Positions 30,701-40,080 of a stretch of DNA of 59,255 nucleotides are shown here, piece after piece (within the stretch, counting starts at the first letter, position 1; every line of letters begins with the position of its first letter). Where the stretch lies: assembly GCA_040377305.1 (NCBI GenBank), contig JBEIPA010000032.1:1-59255 (forward strand). Reading direction: 5' to 3'. The DNA is from Flavobacteriales bacterium. GTDB lineage: Bacteria > Bacteroidota > Bacteroidia > Palsa-965. The position numbers and the translations under genes were made by a program. Under the pieces are notes generated by a model, which saw only the letters and a list, made by a program, of their open reading frames with translations, made no database searches and had not been told where the DNA came from.

Positions 30701-30828
30701 ATCTGTACTGATTTACTGCCCTGGCAGAGTGCAGTAGCTTCAACACCATTAAATTGTTGTTGAGCAGATAAGTTCATTCCTGCAAATAGGATAGCGATTG
30801 CAAGAACACTTAGTTTAGTTGTCTTCAT
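27727..30828 (-). CDS. Thermolysin-family (M4) metallopeptidase with propeptide, PKD/Ig-like domains and T9SS type-A CTD
   Basis: NAYW, HEFTH, GALNESFSD, GGVHTNSG; WDFGD PKD; C-terminal 'MYPNP...IVNSLGQ...GIYFL'. Confidence 0.93.
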   Translation of the reverse strand: MKTTKLSVLAIAILFAGMNLSAQQQFNGVEATALCQGSKSVQINRQSRVPSFIWFREDSKIVPTEIQDVLRPALHMQFADGMRTKHVEKDLLGYTHERVNQMYSDIRVENGEYIIHSKDGYVYATNGMWFDGITVNTNPALTKDAAVAKAVAYVGASKYRWQDPAFENSLKEITGNPNATYYPQGELVIVCRDGDMMKKDYVLAWKLDIYAAEPVTRNWIFVDAQTGAIVHTKNRIHNIDTPATGTTMYSGTQSFTCDSNAGSYRLRESGRGQGIRTLNCQNTTNQGNAVDFTNATTSWTSTAGGDDAARDAHWGAEGTYDYYMNVFGRDGLDNNGMLMLSYVHYDSGLDNAYWDGQSMSYGDGSQQPGGFNPLVALDVCGHEFTHGVTENSSNLDYSYESGALNESFSDIFGTMLEWHLTPANADFLIGEDVTVNSNSALRSMSNPNQFGDPDCYTGTNWYTGTGDNGGVHTNSGVQNYWYYLCSQGGSGTNDLGDAFNVTGFGWADAGAVAFRNNTVYLVSTSEYMDARVGAIQAAQDLFGACSPEQIDVANAWYACGVGPAFSATVAASFSGNILTSCSVPTTITFTNTSTNATTAFWDFGDMTTDTAYSPSHTYTAPGTYNVSVSVSSACGTDQTTQNSYITINPPAAPTATGTQICNPGSVTLNATGNGQLSWYSQAIGGTALGTGTSYTTPAISTTTTYYVENLTAQAPVTVGPVNNTFGTGGQHNNTSIQYEEFTVYQACTLTTGVVYAGSSGNKTFTLWDNAGNLINNYTVNVPATGQQTVTLNIPLTPGSYRLGGTQMNLYRNNASASYPYTSPGVLSITGSSAGPAFYYYLYNWTLTLDGCHSPRTPVTVVVGASNISLNTTPYDTTCSIASAFTLTGGSPAGGVYSGPGVSGGVFDPAVAGLGLHTITYTYTDTAGCTGSINSPVLVDVCSGIGSASASATMNMYPNPTEGDFTIEFANSGDVREANLTIVNSLGQQVQTLQLNCTPGTNRWVIDANNLATGIYFLNFTAGEQSFSRKLEVQ

Positions 30829-30983
30829 TTCCTGGTAAAGTTGGTCTGATTGGTGTGCTTATTGGTTTACAAGGTAAACGCAACTTTCTGCAAATCCAAT
30901 AGGAGAAAACGCCAATTACTTTATGGAATTCGCCGTGAAATGTCCCTAAGGAAATTCCAGAGAGAGAGTTGAAGGTTTTGGGA

Positions 30984-31358
30984 CTAAATTCCCTCTAGCT
31001 TCAACAATGTCGCAGTACTGTCAGCAACGCATACTTTCACGTACGCCTGAAGAGTTTTCGCAGCGTGATCGAATTCAATCAGGTACTCATGACATGGCTC
31101 TTTCTGCGCCTGGCTGCGACCGAAATCGACTTTTCCGTTTGCGAGTCTTGTCCGCAATGTGTCCGGGGTAAGATTTACCGATTTCATTTTCACCAGGAGT
31201 GTTGAATCAATCTCGATTGTTTTCATCAGATAAATTTGCTCGGTTACTCGTCCACCCGGAGAGCACGCATCGAACGTTCTTCCACGAAACATGATGAGAC
31301 AGATGATCAGGCCGAGGCCGACTCCGATTAAATACAATTTGATTCTACGCCAGGTCAT
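30984..31358 (-). CDS. Small membrane-anchored hypothetical protein (DUF4258-like)
   Basis: 'RRIKLYLIGVGLGLII' TM followed by 'GKVDFGRS...PCHEY', resembling the small gene commonly downstream of Bacteroidota ald. Confidence 0.65.
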   Translation of the reverse strand: MTWRRIKLYLIGVGLGLIICLIMFRGRTFDACSPGGRVTEQIYLMKTIEIDSTLLVKMKSVNLTPDTLRTRLANGKVDFGRSQAQKEPCHEYLIEFDHAAKTLQAYVKVCVADSTATLLKLEGI

Positions 31359-31361
31359 AAT

Positions 31362-31397
31362 GATGTGCCGATGTGCCTAAATGCCAATGTGCCGATG
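31362..31397. repeat. 8-mer tandem tract (GATGTGCC)
   Basis: GATGTGCC GATGTGCC TAAATGCC AATGTGCC GATG; same unit at 33646-33680. Confidence 0.8.
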
Positions 31398-31464
31398 CAA
31401 TTAGCTGATATTTGATTTTTGATTCGCCGATGCTCGCTTGCCATTACTTCCCCGGGGGAGGACA

Positions 31465-32685
31465 TTACAAAGCAGCCAACAACAACTCAATATCCTTTGA
31501 TGGAATATTGAACAGATCGCCGAGGTATTTCTTGGTGAGAATTCCGTTGTAGAGATAAACACCACTTCGAACTCCTGCGTGATCGCGGATCATGTTTGGA
31601 AGTCCGCCTTCGTCGCCCATCTGCTGAAGAATCGGAGTGAAAATTGTACTCAGTGCGTATGATGCAGTACGTGCAACACGCGAAGCAATGTTTGGAACGC
31701 AATAGTGAATTACACCGTGTTTGCGGAAAACCGGATTCGTGTGGTTCGTCACTTTTGAGGTTTCGAAACATCCGCCCTGGTCTATACTTACGTCAACGAT
31801 TACGGCACCAACTTTCATCTCAGCCACCATCTCTTCAGTCACAACGCAAGGCGTTCGGCCGCCACTTGCACGCAACGCTCCAATGGCAACATCGCACGAT
31901 TTCAAATGCTTCGTGAGAACGCGCGGTTGAATAATTGATGTGAACACACGAGTACCCATTGAGTTCTGTAAGCGGCGCAAGCGATAAACGGAATTGTCAA
32001 ATACTTTCACCGTCGCACCCAGTCCGATAGCAGCACGAGCGGCATATTCGCCAACTGTTCCCGCGCCAATGATCACAACTTCTGTTGGGGCCACGCCGGA
32101 AATTCCACCGAGAATGGAGCCTTGTCCGTTGTTTGCATTCGAAAGATATTCTGCTGCAATAAGAATAGAAGTTCCGCCCGCGATTTCGCCCATTGAACGG
32201 ATCACCGGAAAAACCTGGTCTTCGTCTTTGATCCACTCAAATGCGAGTGCAGTAATTTTTTTATCCAGCAGCTTGCGCAGGAAATTTTCGGGTTGGGCAG
32301 GAAGCTGAAGTGTTGACAACAACGTCTGCTTCGGTTGCATGTATTCAATTTCCTGAATAGACGGGGGAGCCACTTTTAAAATGATTTCCGCATTCTTATA
32401 AAGTTCCTCCGGCGAAAGTGCAATGCGTGCACCCGCCTCGGAATAATCGTTGTCCTGGAAATTGGCGTTCTTACCCGCCCCTGCTTCAACAAGAACCTGG
32501 TGTCCGTGGTTTACGAGCAAAGCCACGTCATCCGGTACGAGTGTTACGCGGTTTTCCTGGAAGGAGATTTCGCGTGGAATACCAATGTTAAGTGAACCTT
32601 TTTTGCGTGCAACCTCAAGCATTTCTTCCTGAGGCATGAGGGCTCCTTTGGTCAAGGAAAGGAGTACATCGCGCGATGTTTTCAT
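31465..32685 (-). CDS. ald: Alanine dehydrogenase family protein
   Basis: IGIPRE...ENRV, IIGAGTVG, VIVDVSIDQGGCFETS, HYCVPNI. Confidence 0.88.
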   Translation of the reverse strand: MKTSRDVLLSLTKGALMPQEEMLEVARKKGSLNIGIPREISFQENRVTLVPDDVALLVNHGHQVLVEAGAGKNANFQDNDYSEAGARIALSPEELYKNAEIILKVAPPSIQEIEYMQPKQTLLSTLQLPAQPENFLRKLLDKKITALAFEWIKDEDQVFPVIRSMGEIAGGTSILIAAEYLSNANNGQGSILGGISGVAPTEVVIIGAGTVGEYAARAAIGLGATVKVFDNSVYRLRRLQNSMGTRVFTSIIQPRVLTKHLKSCDVAIGALRASGGRTPCVVTEEMVAEMKVGAVIVDVSIDQGGCFETSKVTNHTNPVFRKHGVIHYCVPNIASRVARTASYALSTIFTPILQQMGDEGGLPNMIRDHAGVRSGVYLYNGILTKKYLGDLFNIPSKDIELLLAAL

Positions 32686-32860
32686 AAGGAGATCAAGGTA
32701 ATGCCGAAAGATACGAAATTCGGTCTGGAGTCAGGCGTTCAATGCACCGGCAGTCGATGGATTATGGTCATGAAAGTGCTCTTAATCCGATTATTGGTCT
32801 CAGTCCAGCCTATCAAACGGGGATCAACATGCTTTGCGGGAATCCTGGACGCAATTTCAA

Positions 32861-33280
32861 TCAACTTTGCGATGAAGCGGTAATCACCCGGGTCTCGCCT
32901 TCAGTGGTGATACGCACGTGAACAGCTCCAGTAGGCAATAATGACGGCACTTTCTCCGGCCATTCCACGAAGCAGTAATTACCCGAATCGAAATACTCGT
33001 GAAGTCCGGCCTGATAGGCATCGTTCTCATTGTCGATGCGGTAGAAATCGAAGTGAAAAATGGTTTCGCCCTGATCCGAGTTGTATTCATTCACCAGGGA
33101 AAACGTCGGGCTTGACATGCCATCCTTCACACCAAGTTCTGTGCAGATAGCCTTGATAAATGTCGTTTTTCCCGCGCCCATTTCGCCGTGAAAGGCAAAC
33201 GCACGCGATGCAGGAAATGAATCGAGCAAAGTTTTCGCTGCCGATGCTAGTTCAGATTCGGAATGAATGGTGATTTTCAC
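32861..33280 (-). CDS. tsaE: tRNA threonylcarbamoyladenosine biosynthesis ATPase
   Basis: GEMGAGKTT, SPTFSLVNEY, HFDFYR, VEWP. Probable GTG start at 33280 overlapping the upstream TGA. Confidence 0.95.
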   Translation of the reverse strand: MKITIHSESELASAAKTLLDSFPASRAFAFHGEMGAGKTTFIKAICTELGVKDGMSSPTFSLVNEYNSDQGETIFHFDFYRIDNENDAYQAGLHEYFDSGNYCFVEWPEKVPSLLPTGAVHVRITTEGETRVITASSQS

Positions 33281-33654
33281 TTCGGGAGATCTTTCTCGCG
33301 AATATACATGCGGGCATTGTAGTAGCCGAGCGGTAGACGGTAATATTTCCAGCCCTTCGCCGGAATAAGTCGTGAACTGTCGGAGCAAAGTGAATCCGTA
33401 TAAAAGACAAACCGTTGACTTACTTCCGGTTTCGACTCCTTGAATTGTGTTTTCGCATAACCAATTCCGGCCTCTTCGTAAACCGTAACCGCCGAATCGG
33501 CTTCAACACGCATGATCGAAGCAGGGCCACGTTTGTTTTTGTCGACGCAATACACTGGTGTTCCTGTATCGTTGAAGACCGCGTAGGTAAGGTGGTATGC
33601 CGGATCGCATGCGGTTAATGTCGCCATCAGTAAGAACACTGAAACGATGTGCAA
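33277..33654 (-). CDS. Hypothetical lipoprotein between porX and tsaE
   Basis: Hydrophobic 'IVSVFLLMATLTA-C' lipobox. Start uncertain (TTG 33654 proposed). Stop is coupled to the tsaE start. Confidence 0.6.
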   Translation of the reverse strand: MHIVSVFLLMATLTACDPAYHLTYAVFNDTGTPVYCVDKNKRGPASIMRVEADSAVTVYEEAGIGYAKTQFKESKPEVSQRFVFYTDSLCSDSSRLIPAKGWKYYRLPLGYYNARMYIREKDLPK

Positions 33655-33680
33655 ATGTGCCGATGTGCCGATATGCCGAT
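33646..33680. repeat. 8-mer tandem tract (GATGTGCC)
   Basis: GATGTGCA AATGTGCC GATGTGCC GATATGCC GAT abutting the porX stop. Confidence 0.8.
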
Positions 33681-35233
33681 TAACGGGGAACAAGTGATAT
33701 ATAAGGAATAATCATTTCCTCCAGAGAAACGCCACCATGCTGGAAAGTATTGCGATAGTATTGCACGTAGTGGTTATAATTATTCGGATAAGCGAAAAAT
33801 TTATCTTCTGTTGCAAAGATGTATGCAGAGCTTACGTTGTTCTTCGGCAGGAATGCATCCGATGGAGTACGAACCTCGAACACATCTTTCTTCACGTAAT
33901 CAAGATTCTTTCCTTGCTTGTAGCGGAGATTCGTGTTCACGTTACGGTCACCAACCACTTTCGTAGGCTCAGTCACTTTGATTGTTCCGTGATCGGTTGC
34001 GATAACCATTCTGCATTTCTTATCCGCAATGATCTTGATGATATCGTGTAGCGCCGAGTGTTCGAACCACGAAAGTGTAATCGAACGATAAGCCGCATCG
34101 TCGTCTGCCAACTCGCGGATTACTTCCATTTCAGTTCTCGCGTGCGAAAGCATATCTACGAAATTGTAAACGATCACATTCAGCTTGTTCTGCATGAGAT
34201 TGTTCACACTTTCCGAAAGCTTTTTGCCGGCTGCGTAATTCGTAATCTTGTGGTAAGAGAACTTTACATCTTTTCCAATACGTTTCAATTGTGCAGCAAG
34301 GAAATCTTCCTCGTGCATATTTTTTCCGCCTTCATCGTCATCGTTCTTCCAGAGTTTCGGAAAGTTCTTTTCGATTTCAGATGGAAGTAATCCTGCGAAG
34401 AGTGCGTTACGCGCATATTGTGTGGCTGTAGGAAGAATGCTGCAGAACAACTCTTCTTCTTCAACCCGGAAATACTGATTGATCACAGGCTGCAACATTT
34501 TCCATTGATCGTAACGGAGGTTATCAATCAACAGGAAGAAAACCGGACCATCCTTATCCAACATAGGCGCCACTTTTGTTTTAATCAACGTGTGCGACTG
34601 CATTGGAGGTGCCTTATCTTTTCCGTTGAGCCAATTGATATAATTCTGTCCGATGAATTTCGCGAAAGCAACATTCGCTTCACGTTTCTGCATCGTGAGA
34701 ATTTCGTGCATGCTCGCGTCGTTCGATTTCTCGAGCTCGAGTTCCCAATACACAAGTTTCTTGTACACTTCTACCCACTCCGGCCAGCTCAATCGGTCAG
34801 ACAAAGTCATTCCGATGCTGCGGAACTCCTGCATGTAGCCGCTGGTGGTTTTCTCACTCACCAGGCGCTTGTTCTCGAGAATCTTCTTGAGCGAAAGCAA
34901 TATCTGATTCGGGTTTACCGGTTTGATGAGGTAATCGGCAATTTTCGAACCGATTGCGTCTTCCATCAAATTCTCTTCCTCACTTTTCGTGATCATCACA
35001 ATCGGAATTTCCGAACGCTTTGCTTTGATACGGGTCAATGTTTCGATTCCGGAAATACCAGGCATGTTCTCATCGAGGAAAACGATGTCAACCGGCTCTC
35101 TGGAAATGATGTCTACAGCTTCGTTGCCACTGGTAGACGTAATTACCTCGTAACCTTTTTCCTCGAGAAACATGATATGTGGCTTGAGCAAATCGATTTC
35201 ATCATCGGCCCAGAGAATGCGGATTTTGTCCAT
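33680..35233 (-). CDS. porX: PorX response regulator (receiver + PglZ alkaline-phosphatase-like domain)
   Basis: ILWADDE...FLDENMPG receiver; IDNLRYDQW, LPTATQYARN, TDHG, FQHGGVSLEEM. Confidence 0.93.
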   Translation of the reverse strand: MDKIRILWADDEIDLLKPHIMFLEEKGYEVITSTSGNEAVDIISREPVDIVFLDENMPGISGIETLTRIKAKRSEIPIVMITKSEEENLMEDAIGSKIADYLIKPVNPNQILLSLKKILENKRLVSEKTTSGYMQEFRSIGMTLSDRLSWPEWVEVYKKLVYWELELEKSNDASMHEILTMQKREANVAFAKFIGQNYINWLNGKDKAPPMQSHTLIKTKVAPMLDKDGPVFFLLIDNLRYDQWKMLQPVINQYFRVEEEELFCSILPTATQYARNALFAGLLPSEIEKNFPKLWKNDDDEGGKNMHEEDFLAAQLKRIGKDVKFSYHKITNYAAGKKLSESVNNLMQNKLNVIVYNFVDMLSHARTEMEVIRELADDDAAYRSITLSWFEHSALHDIIKIIADKKCRMVIATDHGTIKVTEPTKVVGDRNVNTNLRYKQGKNLDYVKKDVFEVRTPSDAFLPKNNVSSAYIFATEDKFFAYPNNYNHYVQYYRNTFQHGGVSLEEMIIPYISLVPR

Positions 35234-35429
35234 AAGTAATGCTTACTAGTGCGTTTTATGTTTTACGGAAATGTCCTAAAGATGACACGACCGGGATCAA
35301 TCTTAACGATGCTTAAAGGTACATATTGTGTGCCGTAAACCACGGTGGCGCGGAGATTAAAGGAGCCGCGGTAACGTAGTCGCCATCTCGTTTGGTATTG
35401 CGGCCTACGACGCCACCACGATCCGCGAA

Positions 35430-35442
35430 TTAATTACCTTTG
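35430..35442 (+). promoter_or_regulatory. -7 promoter box of the HD-domain gene
   Basis: TACCTTTG ends at 35442, 8 nt before ATG 35451. Confidence 0.65.
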
Positions 35443-35450
35443 CCCCGCTC

Positions 35451-36701
35451 ATGAAGCAATCTCCTAAACGCAAGATTTTTAACGACCCGGTTTACGGATT
35501 TGTTTCCGTTCCCAATGAACTTGCGTTTCAGCTGATCAATCACCCGTGGTTTCAGCGATTGAGAAGAATCCGTCAGTTAGGATTAACCAACCTCGTTTAT
35601 CCCGGTGCGTTGCACACGCGTTTTCATCATGCAATGGGCGCAATGCATCTGATGGGAGAAGCGATTGAAGTGTTGCGTTCGAAAGGCGTTCACATTTCAC
35701 GCGAGGAAGCGGAAGGTGTAACTGTAGCTATTCTTCTACACGATATTGGTCACGGACCTTTTTCGCATTCTCTGGAATCGAGTATTGTCCACAACATTAC
35801 GCATGAAGATGTTTCTTCCATTTTCATGGATCGGCTGAACCAGGAATTCAAAGGTCGCTTGGATCTTGCCATTCGCATCTTCAACAACAAATACGAAAAA
35901 AAATTTCTGCACCAGCTCGTTTCCAGTCAGCTCGACATGGATCGACTCGATTACCTGTTGCGCGATAGCTTCTTCACCGGAGTTTCCGAAGGAATTGTGA
36001 GCAGTGACCGCATCGTGAAAATGCTTGCTGTAGTAGACGACCAACTCGTTGTAGAAGACAAAGGAATTTACTCGATTGAGAAATTCATTGTTGCCCGCCG
36101 CTTAATGTACTGGCAGGTGTATTTGCATAAAACTGTTTTGTGCGCAGAGCATTTGCTGGTGAATATTCTTCGCAGAGCAAAAGAACTTTCAGAAGAAGGC
36201 GCAGATTTATTCGCTCCACCTGCTTTGAAAATGTTTTTGCAGAATCGTTTTACGAAATCGCATTTTCTCAAGAAGAAAGAAGTACTTGAAGCCTTTGCCA
36301 AACTGGATGATTACGACATCATGACCTCCATCAAAGTGTGGTGTGATCACGAAGACATGGTCCTTTCGTGGCTTTGCAAGTGTATGGTGAACCGAAAACT
36401 TTACGCAGTTGAACTGCAGAACAAACCTTTCGCAGGTTCATACGTGGAGAAGCTTCAGAATAAAGCGAAGAAACATCTCAAACTCAGCAAGCACGACCTC
36501 GATTACTTTGTATTTACGGGTGCCGTACAAAACAGTGCGTATAGCAGCGACAATGTGAACAACAATATCCGCATCAATATTTTATTCAAAGACGGAACTG
36601 TACGTGACATCGCTGAAGCAGCCGATCTCCTGAACATATCCGTCCTCGCGCACCCCGTGAAAAAATATTTCCTTTGTTATCCTAAAGAGCTGCGCAGTTA
36701 A
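35451..36701 (+). CDS. HD-domain phosphohydrolase (SAMHD1/dNTPase-like)
   Basis: FQRLRRIRQLG, HTRFHH, LLHDIGHGPFSH, DMDRLDYL, MYWQVYLHK. Confidence 0.92.
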   Translation: MKQSPKRKIFNDPVYGFVSVPNELAFQLINHPWFQRLRRIRQLGLTNLVYPGALHTRFHHAMGAMHLMGEAIEVLRSKGVHISREEAEGVTVAILLHDIGHGPFSHSLESSIVHNITHEDVSSIFMDRLNQEFKGRLDLAIRIFNNKYEKKFLHQLVSSQLDMDRLDYLLRDSFFTGVSEGIVSSDRIVKMLAVVDDQLVVEDKGIYSIEKFIVARRLMYWQVYLHKTVLCAEHLLVNILRRAKELSEEGADLFAPPALKMFLQNRFTKSHFLKKKEVLEAFAKLDDYDIMTSIKVWCDHEDMVLSWLCKCMVNRKLYAVELQNKPFAGSYVEKLQNKAKKHLKLSKHDLDYFVFTGAVQNSAYSSDNVNNNIRINILFKDGTVRDIAEAADLLNISVLAHPVKKYFLCYPKELRS

Positions 36702-36706
36702 TTTTT

Positions 36707-37933
36707 ATGTCGGAACCAAAAAGCGGTAACAAAGCACTACTCTTCATTTTCATAACACTGTTCATCGACGTGATGGGGGTTGGAATTATTATTCCAGTCC
36801 TACCGAAGCTGATCATGAATATGGAGCATTGCACAATTGAGCGTGCGAACATTATCGGTGGTATGATGATGTTTATTTTCTCCTTCATGCAGTTTGTATT
36901 CTCTCCGCTGCTCGGTGCGTTGAGTGATCGTTACGGAAGAAGAATCGTGTTGCTGATATCACTTTTCGGTTTCGGAATCGATTACCTCTTCATGGGCTTT
37001 GCCGGAACAATTGCGATGCTTTTTGTGGGTCGGTTAATTGCCGGAATTACGGGGGCGAGTTTCACAGTGGCTGGTGCATATATCGCAGATATAAGTCCTC
37101 CGGAAAAACGTGCTCAGAATTTCGGAATCATTGGTGCTGCATTCGGATTAGGTTTCATTGCCGGACCTGCACTTGGAGGATTGATCAGCGGATTTGGGGA
37201 CCGCGTTCCATTTTTTGTTGCAGCCGGATTAGCTTTGCTCAACTGGTTGTACGGATTCTTCGTCCTTCCTGAATCACTGAAGCCGGAAAACAGAAGAAAC
37301 TTTGAATGGAAACGGGCTAATCCGGTTGGTGCATTGATTCAACTTGTGAAGAAACCAGTTGTTGCGCGTATTGCTGTAATTTTCTTCCTTATCAACCTTG
37401 CAGGTCAAAGCTTACCTATGTGCTGGTCGTATTTTGCCATTGAGAAATTCCAGTGGACAGAAACCGGAATCGGATTTTCGCTTGCGTTTGTTGGCGTTTG
37501 CGTAGCAATTGTGCAAGGCGGATTAACCCGCGTGATTATTCCAAGAATCGGAGAGCGGCGTGCAGTAATATGGGGGATTTTCTTCGCGATGATTGGAATG
37601 ATTGGAATTGCATTCGCCTGGGAAGGTTGGGTATTATTCGCCGCAACTGTTCCGCTTGCATTGGGTGGAATAAACGGACCAAGTCTTCAGTCGCTTGCCT
37701 CCAAAGAAATTGCTGCCAATGAACAAGGCGAGTTGCAGGGAATTCTCACAAGTGTGATGAGCGTAACGGCTATTCTCGGACCCTGGGTCTTCCCGTGGTT
37801 GTTCAGCACTTTCTCCGCTGGATTCCGAGGAATTGTAATGCCGGGAGCTCCGTATTTATTCGCTGCTGTTCTACAATTCTCCGCGCTAATCTATGCGGCG
37901 TACTTACTTCGCCAGCGAAAAGTAGCTGCTTAG
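36707..37933 (+). CDS. MFS transporter, TetA/DHA1-like family
   Basis: [11 protein letters not shown] motif [24 protein letters not shown]; about 12 TM segments. Confidence 0.9.
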   Translation: MSEPKSGNKALLFIFITLFIDVMGVGIIIPVLPKLIMNMEHCTIERANIIGGMMMFIFSFMQFVFSPLLGALSDRYGRRIVLLISLFGFGIDYLFMGFAGTIAMLFVGRLIAGITGASFTVAGAYIADISPPEKRAQNFGIIGAAFGLGFIAGPALGGLISGFGDRVPFFVAAGLALLNWLYGFFVLPESLKPENRRNFEWKRANPVGALIQLVKKPVVARIAVIFFLINLAGQSLPMCWSYFAIEKFQWTETGIGFSLAFVGVCVAIVQGGLTRVIIPRIGERRAVIWGIFFAMIGMIGIAFAWEGWVLFAATVPLALGGINGPSLQSLASKEIAANEQGELQGILTSVMSVTAILGPWVFPWLFSTFSAGFRGIVMPGAPYLFAAVLQFSALIYAAYLLRQRKVAA

Positions 37934-38868
37934 TCGATAAGCATCTTCCCGGAAATAATTGAAGCATCGGGCAAAATCACTGAATAAAAATACATTCCCG
38001 ATTCCATTCCTGATCTGTCTATATAAAGCTGATTGCCCGTGAATGAAATTTCTTTGATGGTGCGACCATGAACGTCAGTTATAATGAAATATGATTGTGT
38101 GTTTGGGTGAAGCAGTTCTGTTTTAAACACAATCGAAGAAGCGTCGCACACTGGATGCGGTGCAATTTCAACACCAGATTGATTCTGTATCTCATCAAAT
38201 CCCGGCATTAAACAAACCCAACAAGAACCTGCTACGCAATAGGTAACAGAACCACTAATTGTTCCCGCATTCACATCACCCAATCCACCCGGTGTCGCAT
38301 CACAGATATCGATATTGCCAGAAATCTGATCAACATTCACAAAATTCTGTGCAATGCAAAATCGCCCCTGGTTGCCACTTACGTTCCCGCTGTTCGCCCA
38401 GTTACTACAACTTACACTCGTGTTATTGATAAAGTCATCGCTGGTTATCAACTGCGAGGAGACGCAAATCCCAAGACCATTATTGATCATGAGACCGCTT
38501 TGAGTCAACTCTACTACATCAATCTGGTTATAATTCACAACAGAGTCGTTTGCTCCTACTATCAAAACGCACAAGCTGGTATAACCCCGAATCTCCATCA
38601 CATCCCCGCCAAACGTGAGAGTATCTGTTGGTCCACCGGCAAGTGATCCACTAGTCGCCACCTTGAATAAAGAATTTCCGAAGTAGATATTCCCACCTTG
38701 AAAGAATACGTTGGTAGCAACGATGATCGAGTCATCCGATAGTTGTGGAATACCAACAGGCGACCAAATATTAGGGTCACTCCAATTTCCATTCAGAACG
38801 GAAGTCCGAGTTAATGCTTGAGATGCAAAAGGGATAATCAGTAAAATTGCGAGTACAAGTTTCTTCAT
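37930..38868 (-). CDS. Hypothetical secreted protein with T9SS type-A CTD
   Basis: Likely start ATG 38868 (MKKLVLAILL); 'NGNWSDPNIWSP' N-motif; C-terminal 'APHP...ITDVHGR...SGMYFY'. Confidence 0.78.
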   Translation of the reverse strand: MKKLVLAILLIIPFASQALTRTSVLNGNWSDPNIWSPVGIPQLSDDSIIVATNVFFQGGNIYFGNSLFKVATSGSLAGGPTDTLTFGGDVMEIRGYTSLCVLIVGANDSVVNYNQIDVVELTQSGLMINNGLGICVSSQLITSDDFINNTSVSCSNWANSGNVSGNQGRFCIAQNFVNVDQISGNIDICDATPGGLGDVNAGTISGSVTYCVAGSCWVCLMPGFDEIQNQSGVEIAPHPVCDASSIVFKTELLHPNTQSYFIITDVHGRTIKEISFTGNQLYIDRSGMESGMYFYSVILPDASIISGKMLID

Positions 38869-38999
38869 GGGTTGTTGTTTGTCTTGGAATGTGCACAATG
38901 TTAAGGCATTTCCCAAAGAGCGGTTTGGACACTGCAAAATCGGCAGAAATCATACCATTATTGCCATTTTCAGGGTGCATTTTTCACTAAATTTACGCG

Positions 39000-40037
39000 A
39001 TGAAATTTTCGGCAAAGGACATTGCTGCATTGGCAGGCGGAAAAGTGGAAGGAAATCCGGACGCAACCGTTTCTCAATTGGCAAAAATTGAAGAAGGCAA
39101 GCCCGGTGCTCTTTCGTTCCTGTCTAATCCTGCTTACGCGCAATTTATTTACACAACCGCAGCAACTGTTGTGATTGTGAACAATGATTTTGTGGCTGAA
39201 CAGGCATTGCCGAAAGATCTCACACTCGTTCGTGTTCCTGATGCGCGACAGGCTTTTGCAAAATTGCTTGATGCGTACAACCAATTTCGCATGAACAAAG
39301 TTGGCATTGAGAAATCAGCAGCCATTTCTGACTCAGCGAAAGTTGGCAACAAGGTTTACATCGGCGCAAATTCTGTGATCGGTGACAACGCCATGATTGC
39401 CGACGGAGCAAAAATTTATCCGAACGTTACAATTGGCGAGAACGCAAAAATTGGTGAAAACACAATCATTTATCCAGGTGTTGTTGTGTATCACGATTGC
39501 GTGATCGGAAATAACTGCATTCTTCAGTCGGGAACAATTGTTGGCGGAGATGGGTTTGGTTTTCAGCCGAACAGCAGCAACAACTACACGAAAGTTCCGC
39601 ACATCGGAAATGTGATCATTGAAGATCATGTTGAGATCGGCGCAAATACTGCAATCGACCGCGCAACGATGGGTTCAACTATTATTCGTCGCGGTGTGAA
39701 ACTTGATAACCTGATACAGATTGCGCACAACGTTGAGATTGGTGAGAACACCGTGATCGCTGCACAAACAGGTGTTGCCGGTTCAACCAAAATCGGAAAG
39801 AACTGTTTGATTGGCGGACAAGTTGGAATCATTGGTCACCTGGTGATTGGTGATGGTGTGAAGATCGCAGCTCAGTCGGGAATCGGTAATAATCTTGCTG
39901 ACAATGAAATCGTGCAAGGTTCGCCTGCTTTCGGAATTGGTGATTACAAACGTAGTTATGTGATGTTCCGAAAACTGCCGGAGCTCGCAGATAAGATTAA
40001 GGAATTGGAAAAAGGAGTGTCAGGATTGGGATCCTGA
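39000..40037 (+). CDS. lpxD: UDP-3-O-acylglucosamine N-acyltransferase
   Basis: Hexapeptide repeats, [26 protein letters not shown]. Confidence 0.95.
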   Translation: MKFSAKDIAALAGGKVEGNPDATVSQLAKIEEGKPGALSFLSNPAYAQFIYTTAATVVIVNNDFVAEQALPKDLTLVRVPDARQAFAKLLDAYNQFRMNKVGIEKSAAISDSAKVGNKVYIGANSVIGDNAMIADGAKIYPNVTIGENAKIGENTIIYPGVVVYHDCVIGNNCILQSGTIVGGDGFGFQPNSSNNYTKVPHIGNVIIEDHVEIGANTAIDRATMGSTIIRRGVKLDNLIQIAHNVEIGENTVIAAQTGVAGSTKIGKNCLIGGQVGIIGHLVIGDGVKIAAQSGIGNNLADNEIVQGSPAFGIGDYKRSYVMFRKLPELADKIKELEKGVSGLGS

Positions 40038-40064
40038 CAACACCGTCAGGAGTGAAATCCTGAC
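40018..40064. repeat. Two tandem REP-like palindromes (GTCAGGA...TCCTGAC)
   Basis: TGTCAGGAT-TGGG-ATCCTGACA and GTCAGGA-GTGAAA-TCCTGAC; the first contains the lpxD stop. Confidence 0.78.
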
Positions 40065-40080
40065 AACACATACGTGACGC

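Noticed and set aside
32686-32880. Possible ~48-codon open stretch between tsaE and ald
   Set aside because: No convincing start or recognisable motif.
34418-35239. Long antisense ORFs (34418-35239, 41394-42311, 42740-43600, 55039-55719)
   Set aside because: They overlap well-supported genes on the opposite strand and lack motifs; shadow ORFs.
36707-37933. Acquired tetracycline-resistance gene
   Set aside because: Only family-level TetA-like motifs; no tetR or mobile context, and substrate cannot be inferred.
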